Positions 9,214 to 18,437 of a DNA stretch of 64,000 nucleotides are shown here, piece after piece; positions within the stretch are counted from its first letter, which is position 1; the number at the start of each line of letters is the position of its first letter. This stretch comes from Phycisphaerae bacterium (GTDB lineage: Bacteria > Planctomycetota > Phycisphaerae > UBA1845 > UTPLA1). Location of the stretch: the NCBI GenBank assembly GCA_035399845.1, contig DAOPJV010000001.1:45872-109871 (forward strand). The letters run 5' to 3'. A model generated the notes under the pieces. That model saw only the letters and a program-made list of their open reading frames with translations. It did not search any database and had not been told where the DNA came from. Position numbers and translations under genes: made by a program.

Positions 9214-10206
9214 ATGCCGGCCCGACAGAAACTGCTGCTCTCGATCCTCGCGCTGCTCGGCGTCATTTTCGTCGGCTCGCTCGGGTATTACTTCATCGTC
9301 GAGGGGATCTCCTTCCAGCAGGCGGTTTTCCAGACAGTCATTACCGTATCGACCGTCGGCTACGGAAAAGAGTTCAACCTGGACGCCCGCGGAGAGTGGT
9401 GGACGATCCTGGTCATCATCGTCGGCGTGCTCGTCGTTTCGCTGGCCTTCGCCTCGCTGCAGGCTATGATTGTCGGCGGTGAATTCAGGGCCGTACTGGG
9501 GCGTCAGAAATTGAAGGATCGCATCGCAAAACTGCGAGGTCATTTCATCGTGTGCGGCTTCGGTCGCATGGGCAGCCAGATCGCCGAGGAGCTTGTGGGT
9601 CGCGGCAAGCAGGTGGTCGTCGTCGAACACAAGGCGGAGCACACGGCGAAGATCTCCGATCAGCGCATGAGCTACGTTCTGGGCGACGCCGCCGATGAGA
9701 AGATCCTCGAGGACGCCGGCATCGAGCACGCCTCGGCGCTCGTGACCGTGTTGCGGAGTGACGCCGACAATGTGTTTGTCGCCCTGACGGCGCGGGGAAT
9801 GCGGGCGGATCTGCCGATCATCGCCCGCTCCGAGGAGCTGGATACAGAGCGAAAACTGATTCGCGCCGGGGCGACGCGCGTGATCTGTCCGCAGTCGATC
9901 GGCGCCTCGCGAATCGTGAACCTCCTGGCGCGGCCCGCCGTCGCAAAACTCGTCGATCTGACGATGGACGCCACGGAATGGGAGATGGAGGAGATCCTCG
10001 TCGAGAAGGGTTCGTCGCTGGAGGGCAAGTCGCTCAAGGAGCTCGACCTGCGAACGCGCGCGAACCTGATGATCGTCGCCGTTCATGACGCCGCCGGAAA
10101 GTCGCACGTCAATCCCGGACCGAACTACGTGGTGAACGTGAACGATGTTCTCGTCGCGATCGGTCCCGCGGGTTCGGCGAAGTCCCTGTCGGGGCGAGCG
10201 AATTGA
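9214..10206 (+). CDS. Potassium channel with RCK (TrkA-N/TrkA-C) domains
   Basis: Two TM helices flank the selectivity filter TVSTVGYGK. These are followed by the Rossmann-type RCK motif HFIVCGFGRMGSQIAEEL and a TrkA-C-like C-terminus. Confidence 0.9.
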   Translation: MPARQKLLLSILALLGVIFVGSLGYYFIVEGISFQQAVFQTVITVSTVGYGKEFNLDARGEWWTILVIIVGVLVVSLAFASLQAMIVGGEFRAVLGRQKLKDRIAKLRGHFIVCGFGRMGSQIAEELVGRGKQVVVVEHKAEHTAKISDQRMSYVLGDAADEKILEDAGIEHASALVTVLRSDADNVFVALTARGMRADLPIIARSEELDTERKLIRAGATRVICPQSIGASRIVNLLARPAVAKLVDLTMDATEWEMEEILVEKGSSLEGKSLKELDLRTRANLMIVAVHDAAGKSHVNPGPNYVVNVNDVLVAIGPAGSAKSLSGRAN

Positions 10207-10264
10207 TGCGATCGAGCGCGTCGTCGGCGCCCGTTGAATTCCAGGCCATCGGTGTCGTCGCCGC

Positions 10265-11506
10265 ATGATTTCCGAACTGTCAGTGTATTGGATCGTCGCG
10301 GCGCTGTGGCTGCTGGCCGCGCTGCATGCGGCGTATTCGTTCTGGGACGGACTGAAGTTCAATCGGTTCGTCGGCGATGCGCTGCGGCGCGATGACTGTG
10401 TGGATGTGAAGGGAGGCGACGTTCCGCGCGTCGCCGTCATCATGCCGTGCAAGGGCGTCGACGAAAAGCTGCACGAGACGATGCGCAAACTGGCGGCGCA
10501 GACGCTGCGACCCGCGCGCGTGATCTTCACGCTGGAATCGCGAAACGATCCGGCCTGGAAGGCGCTGGAGGGCTGGGCGTCGGAATGGCGGGGCCTGGCC
10601 TACGAGTTCGTCGAAGCCGGGCTGGCGGAACATCGCGGCCAGAAGGTGCACAACCTGCTCGCGGCCGAGGCGCGCGTCGGCGATGACATCGACGTGGTCG
10701 TGTTCCTCGACTCAGACGCCGTGCCGGGGGACGACTGGCTTGCGCATCTCGTGGCGCCGCTGCGCGACGAGCGCGTCGGCGTGAGCACGGGGTATCGCTG
10801 GTACACGGCGTTCGGCGGACTGGCGGCGGGGGTGCGCTGCGCGTGGAACGCGGCGACGGCGTCGCTCCTGGCGGACGAGCGACTGAACTTCTGCTGGGGC
10901 GGCTCGATGGCGCTGCGGCGCGAGGCGTTCGCGTCGATGCGGGTGCGCGACTACTGGAATGGCGCCCTGAGCGACGATTACCAGCTGACGCGCGCCGTGC
11001 GCGACGCCGGGCTGACGATTCGATTCGTCCCGCGGGCGATCGTGGCGAGCGGTGATCGGACGACGCTGTCGGGCTTCCTGGAGTTCGCGCGACGGCAGAT
11101 GATCATCACGCGGATCTGCCATCCGGCGTTGTGGATGTCGGGGTTCATGCTGATCGTGAATCTGACGATCGGCGGACTCGCCGTCGCGGGGCTGACGATC
11201 GCGGGCCTGGCCGGCTGGTATGGGACGCGGACGGCGGGCTGGCTGGCCCTGGCGGGCTGGCTCGTGATCATGGCGCTGGCGGGGGCCCGGGCCGTCGCGC
11301 GGCAGGTGGCGCTGCGGCGACTGTTGTCGCCGCCCGATCTCACGTGGCGGGATTTTGCGTGGGACGTGGGATCAACGCTGAGCTTCGGCGGCGGGCTGCA
11401 TATGAACCTCTTCATGGCGTCGATCGGCAAACGGCGAATCTGGTGGCGGGACACGCAATATGAAATGGTCTCGCCGGCCGAAACGCGGATCGTCAGCCGG
11501 CGCTGA
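10265..11506 (+). CDS. Membrane glycosyltransferase, GT2/GT21 (ceramide-glucosyltransferase-like)
   Basis: VAVIMPCKGVD..., the D-x-D region VVFLDSDAVPGDDWL, GGSMALRREAF, LSDDYQLTRAV, and the Q/RxxRW-like FARRQMIITR, with C-terminal TM helices. Confidence 0.8.
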   Translation: MISELSVYWIVAALWLLAALHAAYSFWDGLKFNRFVGDALRRDDCVDVKGGDVPRVAVIMPCKGVDEKLHETMRKLAAQTLRPARVIFTLESRNDPAWKALEGWASEWRGLAYEFVEAGLAEHRGQKVHNLLAAEARVGDDIDVVVFLDSDAVPGDDWLAHLVAPLRDERVGVSTGYRWYTAFGGLAAGVRCAWNAATASLLADERLNFCWGGSMALRREAFASMRVRDYWNGALSDDYQLTRAVRDAGLTIRFVPRAIVASGDRTTLSGFLEFARRQMIITRICHPALWMSGFMLIVNLTIGGLAVAGLTIAGLAGWYGTRTAGWLALAGWLVIMALAGARAVARQVALRRLLSPPDLTWRDFAWDVGSTLSFGGGLHMNLFMASIGKRRIWWRDTQYEMVSPAETRIVSRR

Positions 11507-11702
11507 ATGCGATACGACGCCGGCGTGCTACAATGCCGCCATTCAGAGCCGCCGTGTCCCCACGGCGACGTCTCGACAGGGACGACAAGAACACGGCCCA
11601 CCCTTTCAGGGGTGGGTTAAGATGAATGCCCCCGATCGTCGCCGTCCCGGAGTGACGGCGTGAGATTCTCGATTGATCCCGACAGGATCCGAAAGAACAC
11701 CC

Positions 11703-12128
11703 ATGCTCGAAGACCTCTTCAAACACCAGGCGGCGCTCAATCGCAAGATCGGCTTCGATCCGGACAAGCTCCACGACAACTTCGATCCGAAGCTGGCGGG
11801 GGAGTGGCTGAACAACTACATCATGGCGGCGGCGAACGAGCTGGAAGAGCTGCGCGACTGCATGTTCTGGAAGCACTGGTGCAAAGAGGCGAAGGATGGC
11901 CGGCGCTTCGAGATCCATGACCTTCAGAACGCCCGCGTCGAAGTCATTGACCTGCTCTTCTTCTGGATCAGCATGGCCCAGTGCGTGGGCCTCAACGCCC
12001 ACGACGTCATGGACCTCTACCAGCAGAAGCTGAAGATCAACAGCGATCGACAGGACAACAACTACTCGATGGCCGGCAAGACGGAAGACGACAACAAGTC
12101 CGTCGTGCTGAAGCGCGAGCAGGAGTGA
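11703..12128 (+). CDS. Dimeric (all-alpha) dUTPase family protein
   Basis: MLEDLFKHQAALNRKIGFD...WLNNYIMAAANELEELRDCMFWKHW...EVIDLLFFWISMA resembles dUTPase_2/MazG-like all-alpha NTP pyrophosphatases. The start was moved from the track's TTG (11673) to the ATG at 11703. Confidence 0.7.
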   Translation: MLEDLFKHQAALNRKIGFDPDKLHDNFDPKLAGEWLNNYIMAAANELEELRDCMFWKHWCKEAKDGRRFEIHDLQNARVEVIDLLFFWISMAQCVGLNAHDVMDLYQQKLKINSDRQDNNYSMAGKTEDDNKSVVLKREQE

Positions 12129-12248
12129 GCGGTGTGGGTTGGGCGCCGCCCGCCCGGCATCAGCACCGGTCTCGTGATCGACGGCGTGCGAAGCCAGAAA
12201 CACGTAAGGTCGGAGGCGCCCACCTTTTGATCTGAGGAGGGGAAACGC

Positions 12249-12455
12249 GTGCAAATCGGGCAATTGGTGGATGGGTTCATACCGTTTGCGCTTGGCATTT
12301 ATCTGCTGCTTCTCGTCCATCAACGACTGCCGGAGAAGCCTGAACATCAGGTCAGGATGGAACAATGGCGTCAGAAATTCGGTGGCATGATGAAGGTCGT
12401 CGCGCCATTCCTGATTGCCTTTGGCGTATTACAGATGGCCCGCGCGTTTTTCTGA
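12249..12455 (+). CDS. Small two-TM membrane protein, unknown function
   Basis: GTG start preceded by AGGAGG (12236-12241). Two hydrophobic helices are present: FIPFALGIYLLLLV and VVAPFLIAFGVLQMA. Confidence 0.5.
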   Translation: MQIGQLVDGFIPFALGIYLLLLVHQRLPEKPEHQVRMEQWRQKFGGMMKVVAPFLIAFGVLQMARAFF

Positions 12456-12519
12456 GCCGTGCAGGGTGGGCGCCATCCGCGCGGCATCGATAAAGGTCTC
12501 TTACAGCATCCCATGTCCG

Positions 12520-12589
12520 CTTCGGGTGTGAGGCGCCAATACTGCAACCTCGCTGCGCTGGCCTGCTTCCTGGCGGGCGCAGTTCGGTT
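12520..12589 (+). repeat. Short REP-like element, copy 1 (contains the 39-nt core module)
   Basis: cttcgggtgtgaggcgcc...tcgctgcgctggcctgcttcctggcgggcgcagttcggt. Near-identical copies lie at 13561-13629 and 14541-14609. This copy ends 10 nt from the stop of the reverse-strand gene at 12600. Confidence 0.85.
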
Positions 12590-12599
12590 GGGGGCCGCC

Positions 12600-13244
12600 C
12601 TACGATCCCGCCTCGACGTCGACCGCCTCCTCGGCGCAGTGGCGCTGCATCTTTCCGAGAACATTCAGCCAATAGAACTTTGCGAAGAGCCTCGCATGCG
12701 GAGTTTCTTCAAGCTGGTGGTGCGTCAGTTGGATGCGCGTTTTCGTCATGTCGCTTTCGGCGGTGTCGAATCGCAATTCGACCCAGGAGCCGCGAAACTC
12801 TTCGCGTTCGACAATTCCCGATCCGCCCGCGTCGATCCGCAATAATGTGGGCGGGGCGACATCCGATCGCGTCGGCAGGCCTCGATTCCAGGTGAACATG
12901 CGAAAGTCAATTGCGAGTGACCTGCCGCAGTCGATCTCGCGCACTTTTGTTTCGTGCATGAACCGAATTGCGTCTTCGGGATTCTCCGGGTCGTTGAACA
13001 TCAGGTAGTAACGACCACCCACTTCGGGTTCGATGATGGCGTCGGCGGCCCAGAACTGCTTGACACCGTATGTCGTCGTCCACAGGTCGAAGGCCTCCTC
13101 GGGGGAGGCGTTGATTGTCATGCCGACGCAAAGCGGCGCATTCGCATCCGCCTCCTCCGTCGGCACGGGCGGAAGACTGATTGATCCGGTGATGAGCAGC
13201 GCCGTCGCGCCAAGCAGGATCGTGACGACGCGTGGGTGTCCCAT
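12600..13244 (-). CDS. SRPBCC/AHSA1-family protein with an N-terminal hydrophobic signal
   Basis: MGHPRVVTILLGATALLITGS..., then TINASPEEAFDLWTTTYGVKQFW...GGRYYLMF...IDF, typical of Activator-of-Hsp90-ATPase-like SRPBCC domains. The track ORF (to 13583) extends upstream through a repeat, so I chose the ATG at 13244. Confidence 0.65.
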   Translation of the reverse strand: MGHPRVVTILLGATALLITGSISLPPVPTEEADANAPLCVGMTINASPEEAFDLWTTTYGVKQFWAADAIIEPEVGGRYYLMFNDPENPEDAIRFMHETKVREIDCGRSLAIDFRMFTWNRGLPTRSDVAPPTLLRIDAGGSGIVEREEFRGSWVELRFDTAESDMTKTRIQLTHHQLEETPHARLFAKFYWLNVLGKMQRHCAEEAVDVEAGS

Positions 13245-13560
13245 TGCTTCAGCAATGGGGGCGCGACGATGGAAACGTGCGTTGGCTCCGATGACTCCCG
13301 CAGGCGCACGATCTCGACCTGGCGTGGATTGACGTTTCTTCGTGGGCGCTTCCCATGCGTGGGTGGAACGTCTGTTCGTTCGATCCTGTGACTCCATGTG
13401 AGGCCTCCTGAATGGAGCGGCGCTGCGATGGATGGTTCCGGCGTTAAGAGTTGCTATGGGTATATAGCGAGATTGGGGCGGCGGGTTGCAGCGGCTGCGC
13501 GCGATATTGTCTTGCGCGTGGCGATGACCGGGCGGCGCGGGAGACGCTCGCCCTGCGAAC

Positions 13561-13629
13561 CTCCGGGTATGAGGCGCCTGCACCGCGGATTCGCTGCGCT
13601 GGCCCGCTTCCTGGCGGGCGCAGTTCGGT
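13561..13629 (+). repeat. Short REP-like element, copy 2
   Basis: ctccgggtatgaggcgcctgcaccgcggattcgctgcgctggcccgcttcctggcgggcgcagttcggt. It lies 26 nt downstream of the stop of the reverse-strand gene 13656..13940. Confidence 0.85.
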
Positions 13630-13655
13630 CCTGGGTAGGCGTTCGCCCCACGAAA

Positions 13656-13940
13656 TCAATAATCGTGAAAGAGCATCCACCAGGCTCCATCCGGAGGAAA
13701 CCTCGCCGCCAGTTCCTGGATTTCGTCTGGCCCGGCGCCTTCCAGGTAGTGGGTCGCCGAGATCTCCAGAATCTCGTCCAGTTGGAGGCGAGCCCAGCAC
13801 TCGAAGCCGATGGCGTGATCCGGATCGCGCCGGAGGACCGATCTCGCCTTCGCGATGGTGTCGCTCATTCCGATCCACGCATCGCAAACGATGGCGCCCA
13901 TCTGCGGATCGAAGATGACGAGATTGACGTCGCTCGCCAT
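13656..13940 (-). CDS. Hypothetical acidic protein (94 aa), second gene of a coupled pair
   Basis: Its ATG (13940-13938) overlaps the TAA of the upstream gene (13942-13940) as TAATG. I recognise no motif. Confidence 0.5.
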   Translation of the reverse strand: MASDVNLVIFDPQMGAIVCDAWIGMSDTIAKARSVLRRDPDHAIGFECWARLQLDEILEISATHYLEGAGPDEIQELAARFPPDGAWWMLFHDY

Positions 13941-14413
13941 TACCTCAGCCTCCGTGAGCAGTAGAGTGAGAGCGCGATCGGCGTTGAAGCATGCCTGGCC
14001 ATCAGATCGGCAAATTCCCGGAGAGTCGCGTCGTGTATCTCCGGTTCGTCGATGTCAATGAGCGCCGTGGCCTCATCGGGAGTGACATTTCCCCACGAGA
14101 GGATCCCCTCGTCGTCGATCTGGGGAGGTCGGCCGATGCAGGTCCTGACGTCGTCGATGGGCAGAAAGAAGTCCATATAGTCGACGATGACGCGTCGTTC
14201 GAGATGGACGACCGCCAGGATGAACTGCCCTGTCGGCGGCGCGGCGGGATCCGGCGTGAGTGAAAGTACCTCAGCAAGGGCGTTCACCACTTGAACCGCC
14301 TGGCCCGGATCGCATCCGGTCATCCGGCGCACCATTGCGACGCAACTGACCTTGCCATGCTCTCGCAGGCACGCGTTGAGGAGCTCGCGTGTTGAATCGG
14401 GTAATTCGATCAC
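13940..14413 (-). CDS. Hypothetical protein (157 aa) with an L7/L12-C-terminal-like N-terminal helix motif
   Basis: GKVSCVAMVRRMTGCDPGQAVQVVNAL resembles the G.KI..IK.VR..TG.GL.EAK..V pattern of the ribosomal L7/L12 C-terminal domain. The rest is unassigned. It is translationally coupled to the 94-aa gene. Confidence 0.55.
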   Translation of the reverse strand: MIELPDSTRELLNACLREHGKVSCVAMVRRMTGCDPGQAVQVVNALAEVLSLTPDPAAPPTGQFILAVVHLERRVIVDYMDFFLPIDDVRTCIGRPPQIDDEGILSWGNVTPDEATALIDIDEPEIHDATLREFADLMARHASTPIALSLYCSRRLR

Positions 14414-14540
14414 GGTTCACCTGTCGTTCGTGCAGCGTGGGCCCCTCCCGCCCGAGATCAACTCAGTCACGCCGACTGTCGCCATTATGGCCGGGGTTGC
14501 GCTGATTCAGCAAAACGCGCGAGGCGCCCATACAGCGAAC

Positions 14541-14609
14541 CTTCGGGTGTGAGGCGCCTGCACCGCGGATTCGCTGCGCTGGCCTGCTTCCTGGCGGGCG
14601 CAGTTCGGT
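14541..14609 (+). repeat. Short REP-like element, copy 3
   Basis: cttcgggtgtgaggcgcctgcaccgcggattcgctgcgctggcctgcttcctggcgggcgcagttcggt, 45 nt downstream of the mfd stop. Confidence 0.85.
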
Positions 14610-14654
14610 TTTGAGGGCTCCCTCGCTACGAGATCAACTGCGTAACGATCGGGC

Positions 14655-17600
14655 CTATCGATTCGACTTCTTGCGGCGGCGCTTGATGGGGGCGTCGGCG
14701 GGGCGGGCGTTGGGGGTGGCTCGCAGGGGGCCCTGTTTCCTGTTGGGCGTCTTTTCCGGCGGCGCCGGCTCGACGGCGGTCGGTCTGGCGGGCGCTGCGC
14801 GTTTGGCGTTGGGCGATTCCAGCGTTGTGTTCTCGCGGCGGAACAGGTTCCGCAGGACGGGCAGCATCGAGTCGCCATGGAAGTAGTGCTCCGGCAGGCG
14901 CCAGTGGAGCGTGTTCGGATCGGGCAGGCTGGCGCGACCGCTGGCGTGGGTGAAGAGCGATTCCAGTTTCTTGATTTCACCATCAAACGTGAAGATCAGA
15001 TCCAGTTCCCTGCGCATGATCGTCCTGATGCCGTACTGCCCGGCGCGGACGCGGATCTCCGCCAGTGTCAGCAGCGTCTGGACTGTCGCGGGCAGATGGC
15101 CGAACGTGTCGCGCAGATCCGTCTCAAGCTGCTCGACCTCCTCCGGCGTGCGGCAGGTGGCGACGCGGCGGTAACAGTCCATGCGCTGTCGATCCGACTC
15201 GATGTATCCCCGCGGTATGTACGCCTCGACGTCCAGCTCCAGGTGCACGCTCGAGCGCGGTTCGACCTTGTCGCCGCGCATGCGTTTGACCGTGCTTTCA
15301 AGGATCTGGCAGTAAAGGTCGTAGCCCACGGCGGCGATCTGGCCGGACTGTTCGGGGCCGAGGATGTTACCGGCGCCGCGAATCTCGAGGTCGCGCATGG
15401 CGATGCGGAAGCCGGCGCCGAGTTCGCTGCACTGCTCGATCGCCTTGAGTCGGCGCGCCGCGTCATCCGTCATGGGGCGCGTCGCGTCCAGCAGCAGGTA
15501 GCAGTAGGCGCGATGCTTGTAGCGACCGACGCGGCCGCGCAGCTGATGGAGATCGGCGAGACCGAAGCGATCGGCGCGATCGATGAACATCGTGTTGGCG
15601 TTGGGAATGTCGAGCCCGGCCTCGATGATCGTGGTCGACACGAGAATGTCGGCCTCGTGGCTGATGAACTTCGCCATCACGTTCTCGAGTTCATCGCCGC
15701 CCATCTGTCCGTGGCCGACGACGATTCGCGCGTCGGGCACGAGAATCTGAAGTTTGTCAGCGATGTCGTAGATCGTCCGGACGCGGTTATGCACGAAGTA
15801 GGCCTGTCCGTCGCGATTCAGCTCTCGCACGAGCGCGTCGCGAATCATCTCGTTGTCCCAGCCGGCGACGCGCGTCGTGATGGCGCGGCGATCCATCGGC
15901 GGTGTGGCGAGGCTGGAGATGTCGCGCAGACCGATCATGGACATGTGCAGTGTGCGCGGGATCGGTGTGGCCGTGAGTGTCAGGACGTCGACCGTCGTGC
16001 GAAGCCGTTTGAGCCGTTCCTTGTGTTCGACGCCGAAGCGCTGTTCCTCGTCAACGATCACGAGACCCAGATCGGCGAACTCGACATCCTTCGAGAGAAT
16101 GCGATGCGTGCCGACGAGGATGTCAACGCGTCCTTTTCGCGTTTCAGAGAGGATGTCCTTGATCTCACTCGTCGAGCGGAAGCGATTGAGGCAGGCGATG
16201 CGGAACGGGTATTCGGCCATGCGCTCGCGGAAGGTGCGTTCGTGCTGGTCGGCGAGGACTGTCGTGGGGACGAGGACGGCGACCTGCCGACCATACTCGA
16301 TGACCTTGAAGGCGGCGCGAATCGCGAGTTCCGTCTTGCCGAAGCCGACATCGCCGCAGATGAGTCGATCCATGGGGCGCTGTTGCTGCTGATCGTTCTT
16401 GATCGCGGCGGCGGCGTCGATCTGGTCCGGCGTCGGCGTGTAGGGGAAGGCGGCTTCGAATTCGCGCTGCCAGTGTGTGTCCGGCGGAAAGGCGACGCCG
16501 TCGCTGCCGGCGCGTTCGGCCTGCACGCGCAGCAGTTCCGACGCGAGATCCGTGATGTTCTCTTCGACCTTCTGTTTGGTCTTGTTCCAGCGGGCGCCGC
16601 CGAGCCTGGTCAGCGGCGGCTTGGCGCCTTTCGCGCCGATGTATTTCTGCACGAGGTCGATCTGCGCGACGGGCACATGCATCGTCGCGCCTTCCGCGAA
16701 GGTGAGCGTGAGGAACTCTTCGCCGAAGCGGGCGCCGCGTTTCTTCATCGTGCGCAGGCCCGCGAAGCGCGCGATGCCATGGGCGATGTGGACGACGAAG
16801 TCACCTTCCTTCAGGTCGAGAAAGGAGTCGATGGCGCGGCCCGTCGTGATCGGTCGAAGCTTGCGGCGCTGAACGTGGCGATGAAAGACCTCGTGATGCG
16901 CGAGCGCGAGGAAGGCGTCGTCGGGCGCGTCGTCGTTGGCCCAGCGGAAGCCCTCCGTCAGGTAACCCGTCTCGATGTGGACGTTGTGGGCGCCGAGGCC
17001 CTGTTCGCCCATGGTTACGGAGATCTCGGCGAGAAGTTCGCCGAGGCGTTCGCGCTCGCCGGCGTTGTCGCAATAGACGATGACCGGCTGGTCGTGCGAC
17101 AGGGCGAGCAGTTGCTGGACGGCGTCGGCGGGCTTCGGGTCGAACTTCGGCGGCGGTTCCGTCCTGACGCGATAGGATGCCGCATCCGTCACCGTTGCAA
17201 GCGGAAAACGGCCGAGATGGAGCTGCGTGAACCTGGCGAGGTTGCGCAGAACGGCTTCGAAGGGGTAATGGCCCTTCGGATGGTCGAGGCGCTCGAGTAC
17301 GGTCTTCGCGACTTCGGCGGCTTCCACGGGCTCGTGGAAAATGACGACGCAGTTGTCGGGGAGGTAGCTCGCGAAGTGCGTTGTCTGATTCGGATCGAGC
17401 GTGGCTTCGTTCGAAACGTGCGTGATCGTCGCGCTGCTGACGGTATGCGTTGAGCGCTGCGTGGCGACGTCGAAACGACGGATCGATTCGATCTCGTCGC
17501 CGAAGAGTTCGATGCGGAGCGGGTCGATGTCCGTCGAGTGGAAGATGTCGAGGATCCCGCCGCGGATGGCGAAGTCGCCCGCCTGTTCGACCTGGTCGAG

Positions 17601-18098
17601 TCGTTCGAAGCCGCGATCGACGAGCCAGCGGGCGACGGCGTCGAGGTCAGTCTCGGCGCCGACGGCGAACTCGAGGGCGTTGGCTGTGAGGGCGGTCGTT
17701 GTCGGTACGGGCTGAATCAGGGCCTGGATGGGCGCGGCAATGATCCAGGGGGTTGCGTCGTTGTTCTTCTTCTGATTGGCAAGTTCCGCACAGAGATGAT
17801 TGCGGGCGTCGGCGATTTCGCCGTCACCGCCCGATTCTCCCGGCAGCGCCTCCCACGCCGGCAGTCCGAGTACATTCCCGCCGATCAGTGTGTCCAGGTC
17901 GTCGAACGACCGATCGGCCTGCTCCAGATGGGGTGTGACCAGGAGCACAGGCCGCCGAAGCAGTTTGGCGACGGCGGCTGTGGTTGCGGGCGCAGAGGAT
18001 CCCCACAGGCCGATTGTGGCGAGGGGGGCGGTCTCGCCCCGAAGTCGCTCACACAGGGCCTGGATCGCGGGATGCCGGCAAACCGCGTCGATGAGCAT
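14655..18098 (-). CDS. mfd: Transcription-repair coupling factor Mfd
   Basis: CarD/RID-like region (GDFVVHIAHGIARFAGL), the SF2 helicase motifs GDVGFGKTE, DEEQRFGV and LTLTATPIPRT, the TRG-type HQLRGRVGR, and a TRCF C-terminal domain. The start was set at the ATG at 18098 (MLIDAVCRHP...). The 71 upstream codons of the track ORF look non-coding. Confidence 0.95.
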   Translation of the reverse strand: MLIDAVCRHPAIQALCERLRGETAPLATIGLWGSSAPATTAAVAKLLRRPVLLVTPHLEQADRSFDDLDTLIGGNVLGLPAWEALPGESGGDGEIADARNHLCAELANQKKNNDATPWIIAAPIQALIQPVPTTTALTANALEFAVGAETDLDAVARWLVDRGFERLDQVEQAGDFAIRGGILDIFHSTDIDPLRIELFGDEIESIRRFDVATQRSTHTVSSATITHVSNEATLDPNQTTHFASYLPDNCVVIFHEPVEAAEVAKTVLERLDHPKGHYPFEAVLRNLARFTQLHLGRFPLATVTDAASYRVRTEPPPKFDPKPADAVQQLLALSHDQPVIVYCDNAGERERLGELLAEISVTMGEQGLGAHNVHIETGYLTEGFRWANDDAPDDAFLALAHHEVFHRHVQRRKLRPITTGRAIDSFLDLKEGDFVVHIAHGIARFAGLRTMKKRGARFGEEFLTLTFAEGATMHVPVAQIDLVQKYIGAKGAKPPLTRLGGARWNKTKQKVEENITDLASELLRVQAERAGSDGVAFPPDTHWQREFEAAFPYTPTPDQIDAAAAIKNDQQQQRPMDRLICGDVGFGKTELAIRAAFKVIEYGRQVAVLVPTTVLADQHERTFRERMAEYPFRIACLNRFRSTSEIKDILSETRKGRVDILVGTHRILSKDVEFADLGLVIVDEEQRFGVEHKERLKRLRTTVDVLTLTATPIPRTLHMSMIGLRDISSLATPPMDRRAITTRVAGWDNEMIRDALVRELNRDGQAYFVHNRVRTIYDIADKLQILVPDARIVVGHGQMGGDELENVMAKFISHEADILVSTTIIEAGLDIPNANTMFIDRADRFGLADLHQLRGRVGRYKHRAYCYLLLDATRPMTDDAARRLKAIEQCSELGAGFRIAMRDLEIRGAGNILGPEQSGQIAAVGYDLYCQILESTVKRMRGDKVEPRSSVHLELDVEAYIPRGYIESDRQRMDCYRRVATCRTPEEVEQLETDLRDTFGHLPATVQTLLTLAEIRVRAGQYGIRTIMRRELDLIFTFDGEIKKLESLFTHASGRASLPDPNTLHWRLPEHYFHGDSMLPVLRNLFRRENTTLESPNAKRAAPARPTAVEPAPPEKTPNRKQGPLRATPNARPADAPIKRRRKKSNR

Positions 18099-18437
18099 CA
18101 CGAGGGGATTATTTGGTGGGTAGCCGCGGGGGACAAGGCGCCTTTGCCAGGAGGCCGTGGCGACGCGGCGGCGACTGCAAAGTTTGCCACATGAAGGGAC
18201 ATTAATGATCAGAATAGGGGTTTTTGTTGAATCAGAGGGGCGTTTCTGATTTACTGGACGCGTAGGTAAGTGGGTAGGTAGCCTTTTCCTGCAGGGTTCT
18301 CGTCCCCTCAACCCTTGCGGTAGTTCGTCGGATTCCCCATTCGGCGTTGGCGTCCCACAGGTGGAGTGGTCTTTTTGGTCGTGCGAGGCCGCATTGGCGT
18401 CTTTGTGCGATTGTTCAGGTTATTGGGAATCAAATCC

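Noticed and set aside
13245-13583. N-terminal extension of ORF 12600..13583. Similar upstream extensions occur in 14655..18311, 18366.., 31196..32260, 31860.., 39222..40187, 39935.., 56160..58451 and 58352..60037.
   Set aside because: The extensions run through repeats or divergent promoter regions and have non-coding-like composition. Internal ATGs give proper signal peptides, RBSs or start/stop coupling with neighbours.
12520-14609. The short repeats were considered as integron attC sites.
   Set aside because: There are no inverted RYYYAAC...GTTRRRY ends. The element ends (cttcggg... / ...gttcggt) are direct rather than inverted, overall palindromy is weak, and no IntI-type integrase is adjacent. 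The cassette-like layout is reported as a separate finding.
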